From the human T2T-CHM13v2.0 reference genome, Homo sapiens, in assembly GCA_009914755.4 (NCBI GenBank), contig CP086569.2, forward strand, positions 23,136,001-23,200,000: a DNA stretch of 64,000 nt, in the 5' to 3' direction. The notes beneath the pieces were generated by a model, which saw only the letters and a program-made list of their open reading frames with translations, did not search any database and had not been told where the DNA came from. A program made the translations under genes and the position numbers. This document shows, piece after piece, positions 1-16,020 of the stretch; position 1 is the first letter of the stretch, and every line of letters starts with the position of its first letter.

Positions 1-3000
1 AAAATTCCTTGAAAGCAGCAGTGGGGACCGGGAAATTTTAAAGCAGTTACTTCACAAGGTGATTCCAATTTATGCGGAATATTGTTCATTATAAAATTAT
101 TTTGTTTTTGAGCAAAACTAAAAAAATACAAATACAAAATAACATAATAAACACCATTTTAACCCCACTTAAAAATAACAGCTATTAATACATTCCTTGT
201 TCTATTTACATTATCTCTGGTTGTAATTGGAATACACCCCATCTGGTTCATTTGCTTTTCTCTATTTCTAGAGGCACCGTAATCATGAACCTGGTATTAT
301 CTTCATATATTTTATAAATTTATTAAAATCTTTATTTCTAAACAATACTGGTGTTTTGTGCATTTCTAATGTTTTTATGAATATTATAAGCTGTGCATTA
401 TTTCACTTTTTTTGTTAACATTCTTGTTGAGAGCTGCCATTATGATAGCATAGTTCTTATTCTACTGAATTTCATTATGTTCTATTATGTGTTTATTGAA
501 ATGCGACAATGAAAAACCTTCCCTATGCCTCTGGGTACACATGTGTGAGAGTTTATAATGAACATACTAGAAGAATGGCTGGACTGCAGTGTGCATACAG
601 TTTTAACTTTGAGGGGATAAAATATTCTCATTAGTTCCCAGGGCTACCACTTTATTACTATTGCTCATCCATGCTAATCAGCTTAGCATATGTCTCAGAT
701 TTTCCATTTTTAATGAAGTATTATTATAAGTTACATTGATTAGGACCAGCATGTGTTTGTCAAATGTTCATTTTGTTTAATAATTATACCTATTGTCAGG
801 GCTCTATCAGTATGTGAGGAAAATAAAATATTAACAGAACGATGAGTTGGGGGATAAGTATGAAGATCAACTTTATTTTCCTAACACAGTTTGTACAAAA
901 CATAGATAATGCTTCTTTTTCAAGAACAGCATGCAGCAGAGTGCTTGATAATAAATCAATATTCAATGAGTCAGTATTGACTAGAAATGGCCAGCTTTTT
1001 CCAGTCTTGCCTGGTGATGGAAGAAGTATTTTACATAGTTTTTTTCTATGTTGCTCACTTACATGACACTACCAGATCATCATATGGTGGGTTTGGGGAA
1101 AGTGAAGGAAATAATAGGCTAGGTATACATTAATTATGTGCTGGAAATAGAAGTTAGCTCACAGAGAATACTTAATTTGTCTGGCCACAGTGGTTTTGTC
1201 ATCTCTCATATACCTACAACTGCTTATTTATTGGCTGTTTGCTAATGACTTTTTTTAAGAACTCTGTTTCAGCAGCAATGGCCTAAAAGTGCAAGAAGAT
1301 ATTTAATTAAAAACTACCCGATTTCTCTTTCAATCAAATTATGGGTTGAAAAGTGCCAATAAACACATGGTATAATCATAAAGCCTTGTAGTCCATGTTG
1401 GGAACACAGGCTAAAAGTGATATCCTGAAATCCAGAACATGGAGGGCTTAGGGGAAAAACCAGCTGCTATTCCAAAAGGTAATACTTAGTTACATTAAGA
1501 AAACTATGCCTGAAGATGATATTTTCACAGGTTTAATATGTGAATTTGGAAAAATTGAGCATGTAATTCTGAGATGCTTGGCTTTTTATTTAAATCAGAT
1601 TGCAATTTTTTAAAATCAATTGTGTACATTTTTAACTCAATTTTTCTGCACTTAAGAAATATGCATCAATAATTGCTAGTATGTTAGCTCCATTGCCTAA
1701 AGAAGACATTCCAAAAGAGTTGAATAATGCCATTTAGATGTTTCAAACAGAAAATTAGATTAAAAAGTGGTTTGAATTTTTAGTCAATCATTGGGACCAA
1801 AGTAAAGCTGTGGGAATATTATTGTGCCAAAATAAAAAACATTGAAAAATATGATAAATGGTTTTTTAAATTTCGCTTAAAAAGCTAAACATTGTTAATA
1901 ACCTTTATTGGTGACAAGAAGCAGCAACTTTGGAAAAGCTTGCAAGAAACTTTATTTAAAAATCAATATAATATTAAAACAAATGGATTTTGCAGAAAAG
2001 AACTAGAGATAATTATGTTAAGAAACAGATTAATTCATATAAATATGTTCTGGAATAATTATTCTGCCTACTTTTAAATATTTAAATAATAAATATAAAG
2101 AAGTTATTTTCCTATTTTGCCTCAAAATATGTAATTGTGGCATTAAATTTTTGAAGGGATTTCATTTTCAAAAATAGTTAGAAGATAACTATTTCATAGA
2201 TCCACTGATATAATAAAAAATTGCCTGCAAGGAAATAATATAATAAATATTAAATAATTTTATGTATGTTAGTACTGTTTATTCTAAAAAAAGTTTCCGT
2301 TGGAACAATAAAAGTTTCAGTCACCCTAATTTTACTAAATATCATTAGATAGTCCTGTGATTGATGGAAGCAAATTACTATTCCTTACACCCTTGACTAC
2401 ACTCGGTATTATTAATTTAATAGTTACCAAGCTAATGAGCAAAAGTTGGAACGTAATGTGGTTTTGATTTATATCCTGTATTACTAATGAGCTCAAGCAT
2501 CTAGCCATTTTCCGTTGCTCATTTGACTTTCCTATTTTCTAAAATGGATCTATTTACCTGTCCTGCTTTCTTCTACTGGGCTAGATTGTCTATATATTTT
2601 CTTATCTATTTGTAAGTTATTTTGATTTTTTTGGATACTGGTATTTTTATGTATATTTTTCTTAGTAATTTTCTGGAGTTTTATAATACCACAAGGTAAT
2701 TTTTAGAATTTACAACCTGAAGATTTTCAAAAAGCTAACTCAGAAGTCATTCGTGGCCATAATGCTAACTTCTAATGAAAAAATAATTTTGCCATTTTAG
2801 CAAAACATTCTTTAAAGATACAAATTAGAAAGCACTAAAGTGCTGAATTCTATCTTTTTCATAAAACTTGCATGTAAAGAGTTATTTCAATAAAATCCTT
2901 TACCCTTACAGCAAGAACCAATTATTAAATGTTGATTACCTAGTTCCTGAATGGTTTTCTAAATATTTCACAATAGTCATTTTGGTAACAATCAATTAGC

Positions 3001-6000
3001 ATACTTGTTAGAATTACTGGTTCTCCAGGTCTCATTTCAAATGATTGAACCAGGATTTTGAAGGAAAATAAAAAGAAGTATCTGGATATATTTTTATGAC
3101 CCTTGTAATTATTTGGGGATGTTTGTGAAACTCTGGTCTAACACGTAAGATAAAGTAAAACAACAAAAACAACAACAAAAGAAAAAGAATCAAAGAACAT
3201 CAAGTCAGGAGTCAGGAATAAATACCTTATCTTTTCCTCACTCCTGCCTTCTCAAGTCATATGCCCCTGTCTTCTTTCTCTTTCTTGGTAAATGCTACTC
3301 CAACTATCTAGCACTGCATAGGAGTAATTGACCTATTAGTTTGCAATTTAGCAAAAAGTAAGAAAACTATTTCTGAACATTTTCTTTTATGAACCTGTTT
3401 CCAGCTATACACTGTGTGTCAGTTAATGCTATGTATTGCTATAAAATAGCAGTATTTAACAAAAATATTTGACCATTGTGGCAAAATTGTCTTCTGTAAA
3501 TGATCCACTGCTACTAAGATTACATTGATATTTTGGAGACTATACTGACATTTTGAATTTCACATATTCATGGAATATTAGAAAGCGTCTTCAGATGTCA
3601 GCGTCTATAATGATAAGAGTTAATACTTGTATTAACTTCCAAATTTTTCTGTGTTAAAGCAGGTGTGCAGGTATTGAATAAACAGGTAGGCCACTGAGGC
3701 ATAACTGTGGTTAAATTTGTAAAAGTCTTGGTGAAATTGCCCATGACAACATCTCCACAGAAAATTTAGATTTTTGGCTCACCTTGGAGATGTTCAAGAA
3801 AAGGACATTTTTTGTTCCTAATGATTCACCAGCTGGTTCTTAAACGGAGATAGCACAATATTGTGGAAAGAGGCAGTTCTGTAATCTGACATTAGACTTT
3901 AAGATAAGATAATTATTTTGAGACCCAAATTTCAGATGTATGAAGTGGGGTCCAAAATATCTATTACCTGTGTGTGTAGTTATAAAGATCATATAATAAC
4001 AAATTATTCTGTTTACCTTGTACTTTTCTGTAAAACAAGAGCATCATTTAACTTTGTTACTTAGTATAGCTTTGTGTGAACATTTTACAGGAATATTTAT
4101 CTCTTGACAAAGAAAATAGTGATACTGGCAGAGAATGGTACTTACGCCAACATTGACATTGCAGAGCTCCAGCTGTTCTGTAGAGAAACTGGCGTGAATT
4201 GAAAAAAAAAAAAAACTGGACGATTGAAGGTTACTTGTGGGCCACTCTTTATTTACTAAGACTATGTAATTCTCGGAGAGGACACACAACCTGTGAAAAG
4301 TTGGATGTAAATGATGAAGAGTCATTGAGAAAAGGCTGCCTCAAGGATCATCCTCTACATTTCTAGCTTGAAATACAGGGTATTTTGTGCTGTGAATTTC
4401 TGAAATAGTGGAATATCGTAGGAGGAAACATGTTTTGGGCATGAAATGAAGGGCTGGTTTTGGTATGTGGAGATGTAAGACATGCAGTTGGATATGCCAA
4501 GTCTGAAGGTAGAACAAAGATCTGGCCTGAAGTTGGGAATTTCTTAATGGTCAGCATAGAAAGGGTGTTTTAGCCTTGAGAAAACGCAAGAGGATCCATG
4601 ACTGAGATCTGAACAACTTCAACACCTGTAGATTTAGTAAAGATGCCAACAAAATACACAACAAATTCATATTAAAAGTAACAGGAAAAGACAAACAACT
4701 TAGTGAGAGGCATTCAGGCAACTAGCATTTAGCTAGCTATTAGCTAGGAAATTTGGGAAAAAATAAAATGTCTAAAGAACCTTGATCAGGTTTCCAAATA
4801 TACAAAATAAATCCACTTACATGTTAGAAGTCAATATACAAAATCATATTATTGTAATGGTACTATTTAATGGTAATAGACAAAAAAAATTATTCTGAAT
4901 TAAATCAATAGTATATTTTCTATCACTGTGTTTCTTTTCTTCTCAATTTATTTGTGTGTCATTTTAACTCACTAAGCAATGACTCCTCTTAATCCCATCA
5001 CTTTTCATTTAACGCTCCATTTGTTTTTCATATGGGCAATATTTCACTGCCCAGTAGAGCAGAAAGGCAGAATTTGTGCTTTTATATTAGAACCACCTTT
5101 GCTTTTCAGATCTGGGCTTCTGGAGTGTGCTAAATTTAAGTATTCTCATCAGATTTTTCAGATTTCTGTAATCACTTCTCCAACATAAACAGTCTCTGCA
5201 GGTGACGACTACAATAAAATTAAAATTACGCTGGCTTAAAAAAAAGTATGTTTATGTAAATTTGACGCTTTTAAGTTTGAGGCCTATGTTAACCATTGCT
5301 TTCATCAGAGTTCTCTATTCACTTTCCCCAGAATCTCGATCATTTTTTCCCTTCAGACCAGGTCTTACAATGAAGAATATTGCAGATCTTGATACTCTTA
5401 TCTGTAGAAATAAGGACTGCAAGAAATCTTTCAAGAGTTTTAAGATCATTCGGTGACATCTCAACCTGAAATTTTGTTGTCAGACCAAAATCGTGACTGA
5501 GGAAGTATCAGCGTCTTTGGCTCACCTTCTTCTTTCCAGGTTTCTCCTTTCCTTTTCCTGGCACCCAGTGTCTTTAGTCCAGAGAATTATGGTTTGAAAA
5601 TCCAATTCTCCTTTTTACATTAATTTACTGATGACATCATGTGGTATACTTTCATGAGGATGGATTCTATTGAAGAATATCCCAATGCACATGCCACTGC
5701 TAAAACCAAAGGAAAAAAGTCACTTGTGAAAGGATCTGAAAGCCATTTGACAACATTTCAGAAGACATATTTTTAGGCTAGGATTCTCTGATTCATTCTA
5801 CATTTTAACTAGTATTTTTAAGTTGTAAATGCATAAAGGATATGAAAGAAAAAAAAATTAGACAACACCACAGAGTACGTAAGCCCAGATGTATAATTCT
5901 CCATTCTGAAGTTATCCCTAAGAGAAGTTTGTTCAATTTCTCAGAAATATATATCAAAACATATAATTTTTAAGTTAAAATGAGTGTATACTCTATGTGC

Positions 6001-6667
6001 TGTTCCGTACCTACCTTATTTATCCTAATACTACTTTATCAACAAAGAGCAAATATGTTCTCTTTAATAGCACTAAGGCTATTGCATACCATTTTCTGGA
6101 GGCAATATACTGTAATAAAGAAGTTCTTTATTTCATGATGAACAGTTCTGTCATTCCAAGGCTTTTGCTACAACAACAACAACAAGATCTTACACAGACA
6201 TCTTTCTATACATATGTGAGTATATTTGAATATTTTTATTTTTGTTTGATGTATAGATCCAAAAGATTCATTAGAATTGCTTTCTTGTGTTTTTTTCATT
6301 TTTCCAATAAATGGTGACTGAAACAAATCATTTGTAGACGACTTCAACCTAATTGCCTGAGGTCAAAGAACTTGTGGCATTTATGACACTGATTATTTGA
6401 CATTTGTTAAGATTTGCTTACATACTATCATGTGACCAAATGTAAAATGGTAATAATGAAGTTTCATTTGTGTTTGAGAATATTGTTTCTCTCTAATTAT
6501 AGTAATTAGAAATTGATATATATCTATTAGAATGTTTAATTTTTCAAAACTTGTTTTTAATATTTTTTATAAACCTGACATATCAATCTCCAAGAAATTT
6601 TTATTGAAGTCACCCATTTTGGGTGTTGTAATATTATGGATTTGCCACAGTACTGGAAATAAATACG

Positions 6668-6865
6668 ATGCATATATGTATGTGTATACACACCTATACC
6701 CACAAATATATATATACACACACACACACACATATATACATATATATATACACACATGCATGCATGTGTATATTTGCACATATATACACGGTGTTTATAT
6801 GTGCATATGTGTATGTGCACATATATTTATGTGTGTGTATGTATATATACACACAAATATATGGA
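6668..6865. repeat. compound alternating purine/pyrimidine microsatellite: (CA/TG)n, (TA)n, (CATG)n
   Basis: Runs acacacacacacacaca, atatatatata and catgcatgcatgtgtat are read directly. The overlapping ORFs 6532-6906 (H/Y/T/C-rich) are repeat artefacts. Confidence 0.85.
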
Positions 6866-8862
6866 GAAAGAAATCGATTATAAATAGTTGGTTCCTGCAG
6901 TTATGAAGGCTGGCAAGTTCTAATACAGTTGGCATTTTGGACACCCAGGAGGATTGATAGTATAGTTATAGTCTGAGTCCAAAGGCCAGAGACCCAGGGT
7001 GGCCAATGGTGTGTTTCCAGTTTGAAGGCTGGTAACCTTGAGATCTGGGAAGAGCCAAGGTTTTAGTTTGAATCTAAAGGCAGAAAAATTCAAAGCCCTA
7101 GCTCAAATACAGTCAGGAAGGAAGTATACCCTTATATTTTATCCTTTTTGTTCCACTCAAATCTTATATCTTTCTTATTCATTAATGAAAAGGTTAATCT
7201 CATCCAGAAACACCCTCTCAGACACAACAGAATAATGCTTGACCACACATCTGGGCACATAGTGGCCCAAACTGACACATAAAATAACCATATGGGTGGA
7301 TTAAAAAATACATATCCCTGAAATGTAATCCTTTTTGAGCATATACGTGTGCTTATTTTATTAGGTGCACACACATTTTAAGTAACTTCTTGTTGAAGAA
7401 AGACTTCCATGAGGAAACGGCCTTCTCTATCCTTAAAAATATGTATTTTCTTGTATTAAAGCTCACTTTTTATAAAATTAATATAAAGATATCATCTTTC
7501 TATTGATTAGTATTTACCTAGTTTATTTCTTTCTATCCTTTTATTTTCAGTCCCCATTTGTTTGATGCATTAGGCTTCTCTCTTGTTAAGTATTATTTAG
7601 CTTATATTTAATGAATGAGTTTAGATCATTTACATTTATTATGATTGTAAGAAATAAAGAGAGAGGAAAGAAACACAAAAAGTGGCTCACCAGTAATGAC
7701 AGATTTATTTTAGAGAAAACAAACCTGAGAGGGCACCTTCTGGCTGAGTTAGGTCAGAGGCACACTTTCTTAGAGACTAAGAGTTCTTAAGGATTCAGGG
7801 TGGGAGAGTTTATCAGAGGCTTGGACTGCTTCTGTGTTTCTTTGCTGTGCTTGTCTGGGAGGGAGAGTTTTGTGTCTTCCCATACATCTTTCTGCAGCTG
7901 CATGCTTGTCCCCCCAGTCTGCTTTTAGCTTCCCTAACATAGAGCACCTGAAGGGAAAGGAATGTGCTTAATAAGGACCACTGTTTTACTGGGGTCCATT
8001 GTATGAGGGGAAGTTTGGCAGTTACTCAAGGGACTTTCCCTTCATCTCCCTCTGTGCTGAGTTGTCTCATTTGTGTTTTACTGCCTGCTCTTTTGAGCCA
8101 CTTGTAGTCAGAAGAGAAGTGATTTCCTTGAAATATATATGGCCAGAAAAGGAGATGGAATTTAAAAGTGGTGGTTTGTCCGAGATGCCACTGCTCCTGC
8201 TCTATCAATAATTATTGTTATGTTGGGACTTACTTCTAGCAGCTGGCTTTCTGCATATATATGTTCCTTTTGTCACCTAATAGTGGCAAGCAGCATTTCC
8301 TTGATTTTTAAGTGTTTGATATTAATATGATAATTTTCAGGTAATCCCAAACTCTGAAAAAATATATTGTAAATATCTTTTACATGTACTACAGATGTTG
8401 AAGAAATGAGCCATTCAAGAAAGGGCACCATATCAATAGACAATAGACATACCTAGCTTCAAATCTAGCTCTATGTGAATTTGTGCAAGCCATTGAAACT
8501 TTCTTTGCCTTAGTCTTTTGATCTAGGAAATAAGTGTTATAATAATACTATCTCATACACTTTACCATTAAAATTAAATCAAGTAATATTTGTAAAGCAT
8601 GTACAACAGTGACTGTTGCATACTAAGTAAGGTATGCCTTTATTGAATATAATCCAGTAATTAAATGTTAACATTTTCCCATATCAGTTAATCTCTCTTA
8701 GGAGTTGGAAAAGTAAATAAATATTATGAGAGTGTTGAAGGCTGTACAACACCTCCCATCCTTTCTTCCTTCTTTCTTTCCACAGGTAATCATTATCCTG
8801 AATTTTATGTGTAATTCTCCCACATACATGTATTATAGAGTAAATATTTATCCATATATATA

Positions 8863-8898
8863 TATCTATATATTTATATATATATATGCATATGCTAT
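8863..8898. repeat. short imperfect (TA)n microsatellite
   Basis: The run tatatatatatctatatatttatatatatatatgcatatgc is read directly. Confidence 0.7.
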
Positions 8899-9394
8899 TG
8901 CTTTGGAGGCATTTAAAGAGTATATAAATATTTCATACCAAATGTATCCCTTTGCAATTTAGTTTTCAAATTTGTTATTATAGTTTTGAAATTGCAAATG
9001 TTTATACTGACAGTTCTATTTCATTCGTTTTAACCACTGTATTACATTTCATTATGTGAAAGAAAAGCCATTTTTTACACATACTCTCCATTGAAGGAGA
9101 GTTGATATCTTTCCACAATTTCTTCTTAACCCCAAAACATTTTGTCCTGTTTTTTTAATAAACATATAGAAGTGTTTTTATAGTGTATATCAAAAAATAA
9201 AAGTTCCTGGCAATTTGGTGTGCCTGTCTTCAAATCTACCAAGCATAACTAAAGAACTCTCTGAAGTTACCGTAACAGTGTATTAAGTACTAAGGTTCCT
9301 GCTTCCCTATAGCCTTGTCAACACTTGATCATATTTGACTTTTCAATTTTAGTCAGTATCGTGGATAGAAAATGGCCTTTTATAGTGGTTTTAA

Positions 9395-9732
<338 letters not shown>

Positions 9733-9979
9733 GAATATTCAGCTTTTTTTCCTCTGTGAAGTGCCTGCTCATATGCTTCACTCTTTTTCTATATTTTGCC
9801 CTTTATCTGACAGATTTACATGTGTTATTTTATTTTATACTAACGCTTTGTGCTACAGCTCTCTTCAGTCAGTCAAATGACTAACTTATTTTTTCATGAT
9901 GTCTTATGTCAAAAAGATTTTTATTTTATTATGTGTTCTTTAAAAATTTTTATTTTTACTACTATTATTACATTTTTAA

Positions 9980-10270
<291 letters not shown>

Positions 10271-10882
10271 TCTAAAATTTTTATTTTTATTAAAGCTTTT
10301 TAAACCTTATCAACGGTATTTTTCTGATACTATAAATTATTCTCTAATATTTTCTCCTAGCAATTTGGCAGTTTGGTTTTTACATGTATTTTTAAAGTCA
10401 TCATCCATTTACTCTTGTGTACACTGTGACATAAAGATTTATTTTTATATGTCATTAACAAATGTGTTTAGCCCACTTGCCTTCAATTTTTTTCTTAGGA
10501 TATTATTGAATAGTGCATTACTTCAGCATTGCTTAGACTGTAACTTCTGTTATAATAGTGTGCTTACTTCCGGGTTACTTCCATTTGCAATAGATTTTTT
10601 CCATGCTATAATACTTAGAAATAGCTGTATAAAAGTGTTCACTGTTAAACAGAGCCCTCGCCCGAATGCAGTGGCTTGCAGGGACAACCAGTGGCCCTCT
10701 TCGCACTTCTGGCCCAATGTATCACATATAAAGTAAGTGAAAACAGTGTGCTTACATTGCAAATACTGCTTTAAGACATATCTCTCAGTATCTTATGTAT
10801 ATTCATTTAAGTTTAGCCCTCGTAGATTTTCCAGTGTCATCATCCAGACTTATTCTCTACTTCTGTTAAAAAAAATTTCATG

Positions 10883-11213
<331 letters not shown>

Positions 11214-12025
11214 TTTCATTTTGTTTAGTTCTTATTCTACCTGTGCTTATTCTTTATTTTTAAAGAGAAAAACAAGACACAAGATTAAAATATTTTTATG
11301 CAATCTACATAGAAGTAACCCTCTATGTCACTTAGAATGCATGTGTGTGTGTGTAGAAATATTTGAGTTCCTTTTTATTACTTTGCCACTACGTCAATAG
11401 GTAGAATTTGTGTTCTTTTCCATTAATTAACAAAAATAATGTGTGGGTATGGTTGTGTGACTTTAAAACTCAAAACAAGTTTATTTTATTATAAAACAAT
11501 TTAATTTTGTGAAATCAGGCATAGATTTTAAAATATCTTTAAATAAATTTGAAGTCATCAAACTTCTTTTAAATTCAATAAAGTACCTTTTTTTGTTTGT
11601 TTTTTGATGGTCTCAAATCTTGCTCCATGTCATTTTCTCAGAGAAAATGAATAACATAACATCATCTTTACCAATTCAAAATTATCACTGCCTTACCTCT
11701 GCTTGATCTTAGTCTTAGCTCATTTTATTGGGAAACTTCATGGTCTTTATATCAACTAAGTTATTGAAGGCTTCAAAATTGAGTTGTTAAATAAACTGAT
11801 TATCACCTATTTCTGTGGTGGTACTACTCGTACTCAGGGTGCTGGAGATGATACCATTTCATGGACTTAAGTTTCAAATCAAAGACAACTAAATCAGGTT
11901 GAATTATTCACTGCTTTTCCTTGGCCAACTGACATTACGGTCTATTCAGTAACATTTTAATGCCTGTACATTAGGTCAAAAAAAGCACAAGGCATGGTTC
12001 AATTGGACTTCTAATTTAAAATGAG

Positions 12026-12129
12026 GAAAGAAGGAGGGAAGGAGGGAAGGAGGGAAAGAAGGAAGGAAGGGAGGGAGGAAGGAAGGAAGGGAGGGAGGGA
12101 GGGAGGAAGGGAGGGAGGGAGGAAGGAAG
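12026..12129. repeat. (GGAA)n/(GGGA)n purine microsatellite
   Basis: The run gaaggagggaaggagggaaggagggaaagaaggaaggaagggagggagg is read directly. Confidence 0.9.
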
Positions 12130-13490
12130 AGGCCACAAAAAGCTAAACATAAAGCTTATCATCAGCATGAACTCTGTTACGTATTATTTCACTAAATAAG
12201 AAAGCCAAAATTTGTGCCATGTAGAAAGTGTAAATGGAAGTGGATCTCTGTTATCCATACATTATTTGTAGGTTCTGGCTTCAACTGAACCAGTCAAACC
12301 CAGCTTGCACCGTATGGCATGACCTGGTCATGTTCCTGCAGCTTTTTAAACATGGTTCATTTTTTCTGTTTATGCCTTTATTTCTTCAGTGAGTTCCAGA
12401 GAGTCTTATTGACCGTCAGTCTCTTATTCACTGTCAGTCCCTCGGTTTATTATTTCTATGTTTATTTATTTATTTCTTTTGGAACTTTGTATTTTAGGAA
12501 AGACCCAGTGGCACGCATCTCCTTTTGTTTTACTCTGGCACTAAGCTTGATGTAGGGCCATCAATCGTCTGTCTTTAGAATTATACATAACCTATGATTT
12601 ACACACAGTTTGTCATCAAAAATTTGCATACATTTTCATTCAACATCTCTTTCCACTTCGCTAATTCACCTTCTTGTCTTCTGAATGCTTTTCCAGTTGG
12701 ACCCTGCCAGCCACTTCCCATTGCTAGCAAGAACTTTCTTTTTCAACAATGTAGATGAGACTGCTTTTCTAACTGCAGTGATGGATCTAATCAGAACTTC
12801 ATAAATCTTTACAAAATTACAGCTCAATACATTGATTGTCATCAGTGAAGTACCACTAGAACTATTTTTTGTCAAAATAAATCTTGTGGGATGGGCAGAG
12901 ATGTGGGGATGGACTCTTCCAAAAGAGTACCATCACTTTGTTTCACTTTTTAGAATACATTTTTGGGGGCGGTAGAAGGGAATAACTGGACCTTCAATGA
13001 GTTGGAATAAAACAAATCATCATCACTTCAATCTATAATTGAACTTTGGAAGAACCAGTAACCTGAGCTTAAACTATACTATCAGTTCATGAAATTCCTC
13101 CTTTTGATAATACAGCATATTTCCCAAAAGGAACATTCTTTAGTCAGATGGGTCCTGTGTTTACAAGTGGCTTTCGAGACTGGGGATTTTACACCAGCAC
13201 CTACAGTAACCAGAGCAGAATTATTGCTTCCCTAGCTTTGTGTCTTTCTATATGTCAACAAGGAAAAAAAAAGACTTAAAAAAAGTCAAAGCTGACGACT
13301 CTAGAGGGAATCCCTCTAATGCCTCGGCTGTTATTAAGGCACCCCAATGGGAACACTTTAATTGCTCATGACCATGGTCCTGCCTTCCTGGCCCATGTGC
13401 CCTCTGGATCTTCAGTAAGACCAGTATAGCCTCCATTAACTTTAACTGAGCAGCAAGGCACCTTTTTCTGGCTCCATAGTGCCTACTTAA

Positions 13491-13529
13491 ACAGAACAAA
13501 ACAAAACAAAAACAAAACAAAACAAAACC
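13491..13529. repeat. (AAAAC)n microsatellite
   Basis: The run aacaaaacaaaacaaaaacaaaacaaaacaaaacc is read directly. Confidence 0.85.
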
Positions 13530-14895
13530 AGACAATGCATATCTTGAATATCCTCAATTAAGGTCTCAGTTAAAACAGAAGACAAATAATGAGATCAATT
13601 CATACATCATTTTTTAATTCAGCAGAACTGTCTTCTATTTCTTAACAAGAAGTGATTAGTTGGCAATGAGAAACCCAGAAAAGTTGTGAAAATTAATTTG
13701 CTTCTCCAAGAACATGCAATACATCATCCTTTATAATTTTACTTAAAAGGCAGGAGCGTGTTGATCTGTATATCATCCATTATTCTCTTCATTGAAATGA
13801 GGTTAAAAGATAGCATAAGCAATAATGGCTAATACTATACTTACAATTTAACCAAAAAGTTAAGGTTTACAATGCGTTTTATTTTACCGAGAAGTGGGTA
13901 GCCAGTATTCCAACTGTATTCATCTGGAGGTGTTTGAGGATTAAATCCATAATGTCTGGAACACAGTATCCAGTCATATCTTATTCTCCCTGTCTTGTGG
14001 GTAGCTGATCCGCAGCATTTTGAAGAGTTGTGTCACAGATTCATGGGTATAAATGTGAAATAAGTGAAACTAGTATGTATCTTGAGTATCCCTTGTTATT
14101 GCTAGATGCGATGTCACAGATGCAGTACCTGCCACAAAGTTTTATGGATCTCTGCATCACTAATAAACTATGGCAGAGCTCCAAATTACAATACCTCCTA
14201 GGAGGATTTCTACTTTGGGATTCCTGGAGCCTAAGTTTCTGTTCTTCCTACAAATTACAGATTCCATTATTTGGTGACAAATCATCTATTTAGTAGCAGT
14301 GTGTACTGGATGGTTGTGTAAAGTAAAACTAATAAGCTTTGTAGGATTGAAAGTTTAAAAAAAAGATTGTCAAGAGTCTATTTTTAACAATGGTAACAGA
14401 AACTAGCAAGTGCATATGCTGAAGGCAGAATAACATTCAGAGCCTCTTTGTTGTTTCAGAGGAAAAGGTGGCAACCCAATCTCAGAATGATTGTATGTGC
14501 ACCTTCAGTAGGACAGTGTTTATATTTTTAGATACAGTATGATTTTAACTATGCTGGGTTGGTAATTACAATTAAGGTAGGTGCATGAATAATCCATGAT
14601 GAATGAAAATAAATCTCTTATATATAAAAATGATACTACTAGTCAGGTATTTAGGAATTACAAAATTTGTTCTCTACTGTCAGATATTTATTACCTCCAA
14701 TGAAACCATACAAGAGCACACTTTTCAAAGCAAATGTAAGTCTGTCTCTGGAAATATTTGTATGATTGAAACTCAATGATTCCTTCTCTCCTAGAGGCTT
14801 CTAATGGAGAGATCATTATTGAAGCACACATTAAAGTATACTCCTGAGATGTCATTATTTATGTCGACATTAAGAAGAATTTTGGGACATGTTTG

Positions 14896-15008
14896 TTCTT
14901 TCTTTCTCTTTCTTTCTTCCCTTTCTTTCTTTCCTTCTTTCTTTCTTTTTTCTTTCTTTCTTTCTTTCTGTCTCTTTCTTTCTTTCTTCCTTCCTTCCTC
15001 TTTCTTTC

Positions 15009-15084
<76 letters not shown>

Positions 15085-15112
15085 TTTCTTCCTTTCTGCT
15101 TTTTTTTTCTTT
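14896..15112. repeat. (TTTC)n polypyrimidine microsatellite (about 50 units, with ttcc/tctc variants), derived from the A-rich tail of the adjacent minus-strand Alu
   Basis: ctttctttctttc is read continuously. The ORFs 14804-15279 (SFFLSFFL) and 14870-15178 (KKERKKER) are artefacts of this tract. Confidence 0.9.
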
Positions 15113-15391
15113 TGCTATGGGGTCTTGCACTCTGTCACCCAGGCTGGAGTGCCATGGTGCAATCTCAGCTCTCTGCAAGATCTGTCTCCCAGGTTCACGC
15201 CATTCTCTTCCTCAGCTTCCTGAGTAGCTGGGAATACAGGTGCCTGCCACCATGCCTGGCTAATTTTTTGTATTTTTAGTAGAGATAGGGTTTCACCATA
15301 GCCAGAATGGTCTCAATCTCCTGACCTCGTGATCCACCCACCTCAGCCTCCCAGAGTGCTGGGATTACAGGCGTGAGCCACTGTGCCAGAC
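15113..15391 (-). mobile_element. Alu (AluS/Y-like); its tail has expanded into the (TTTC)n tract
   Basis: The reverse-complement Alu is visible: gggtcttgcactctgtcacccaggctggagtgccatggtgcaatctcagc through gctgggattacaggcgtgagccactgtgccagac. Confidence 0.88.
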
Positions 15392-16020
15392 TGTAGCTAT
15401 TTCAATATCCCTAAACAATTTTAACTTAAGGTAACTTCGTATTTCTTTGCAACATTAAAGGGTCTTTGGATTCAATTTTAAATCTTGAATGCAGTGGATT
15501 TAACAATTTAGAGTAAGGACAGATATATTTAAGGTAATAAGTTTGGTTGAAATATCTAATTTATGACAGAAGATATGCTGTCTACACTGATCATTTCACA
15601 GTTACCTTGTGAAAGATCATAAGGCACCATAGGCAAATCCAGGATGCTCTCCTTATGCCCTGATTGTTCTTGCTGGGCCTTCCTCCAAATTCTGACTGCC
15701 TCACTGCCATTCAAGTTTGAGACGGGTGCTGTATGTGGTTTAAGCAATGAGAGCTGACCGGCAACCGCAACAAAACATTAATCATATAAAGTTATTCAGT
15801 GCCTTTACCACATTATGATACTAATCCCGCTGAGCATAGTTCAGTTTCTGCAATCCTCTTGAGTAAGGCCTTTGTTAGTAATTTTCCAAGGTAACTTACT
15901 TGATCTTGGAAATATATTCCTCTCAGAAATTTAGTTGTATATGTCTATGATGTGTTGATGAATTCCTGTCTCTTTCACTGCAAGCAATTATGCATAAGAT
16001 AGAAACAAAATTAGCAAAAC

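Noticed and set aside
6532-6906. Overlapping ORFs on both strands with H, Y, T and C-rich products
   Set aside because: They fall within the (CA)n/(TA)n/(CATG)n compound microsatellite and are low-complexity artefacts.
14804-15279. ORFs of 102 to 139 aa (SFFLSFFLSFFL on the plus strand, KKERKKERKKER on the minus strand)
   Set aside because: Translation of the (TTTC)n/(GAAA)n microsatellite and the adjacent Alu. They are purely repetitive.
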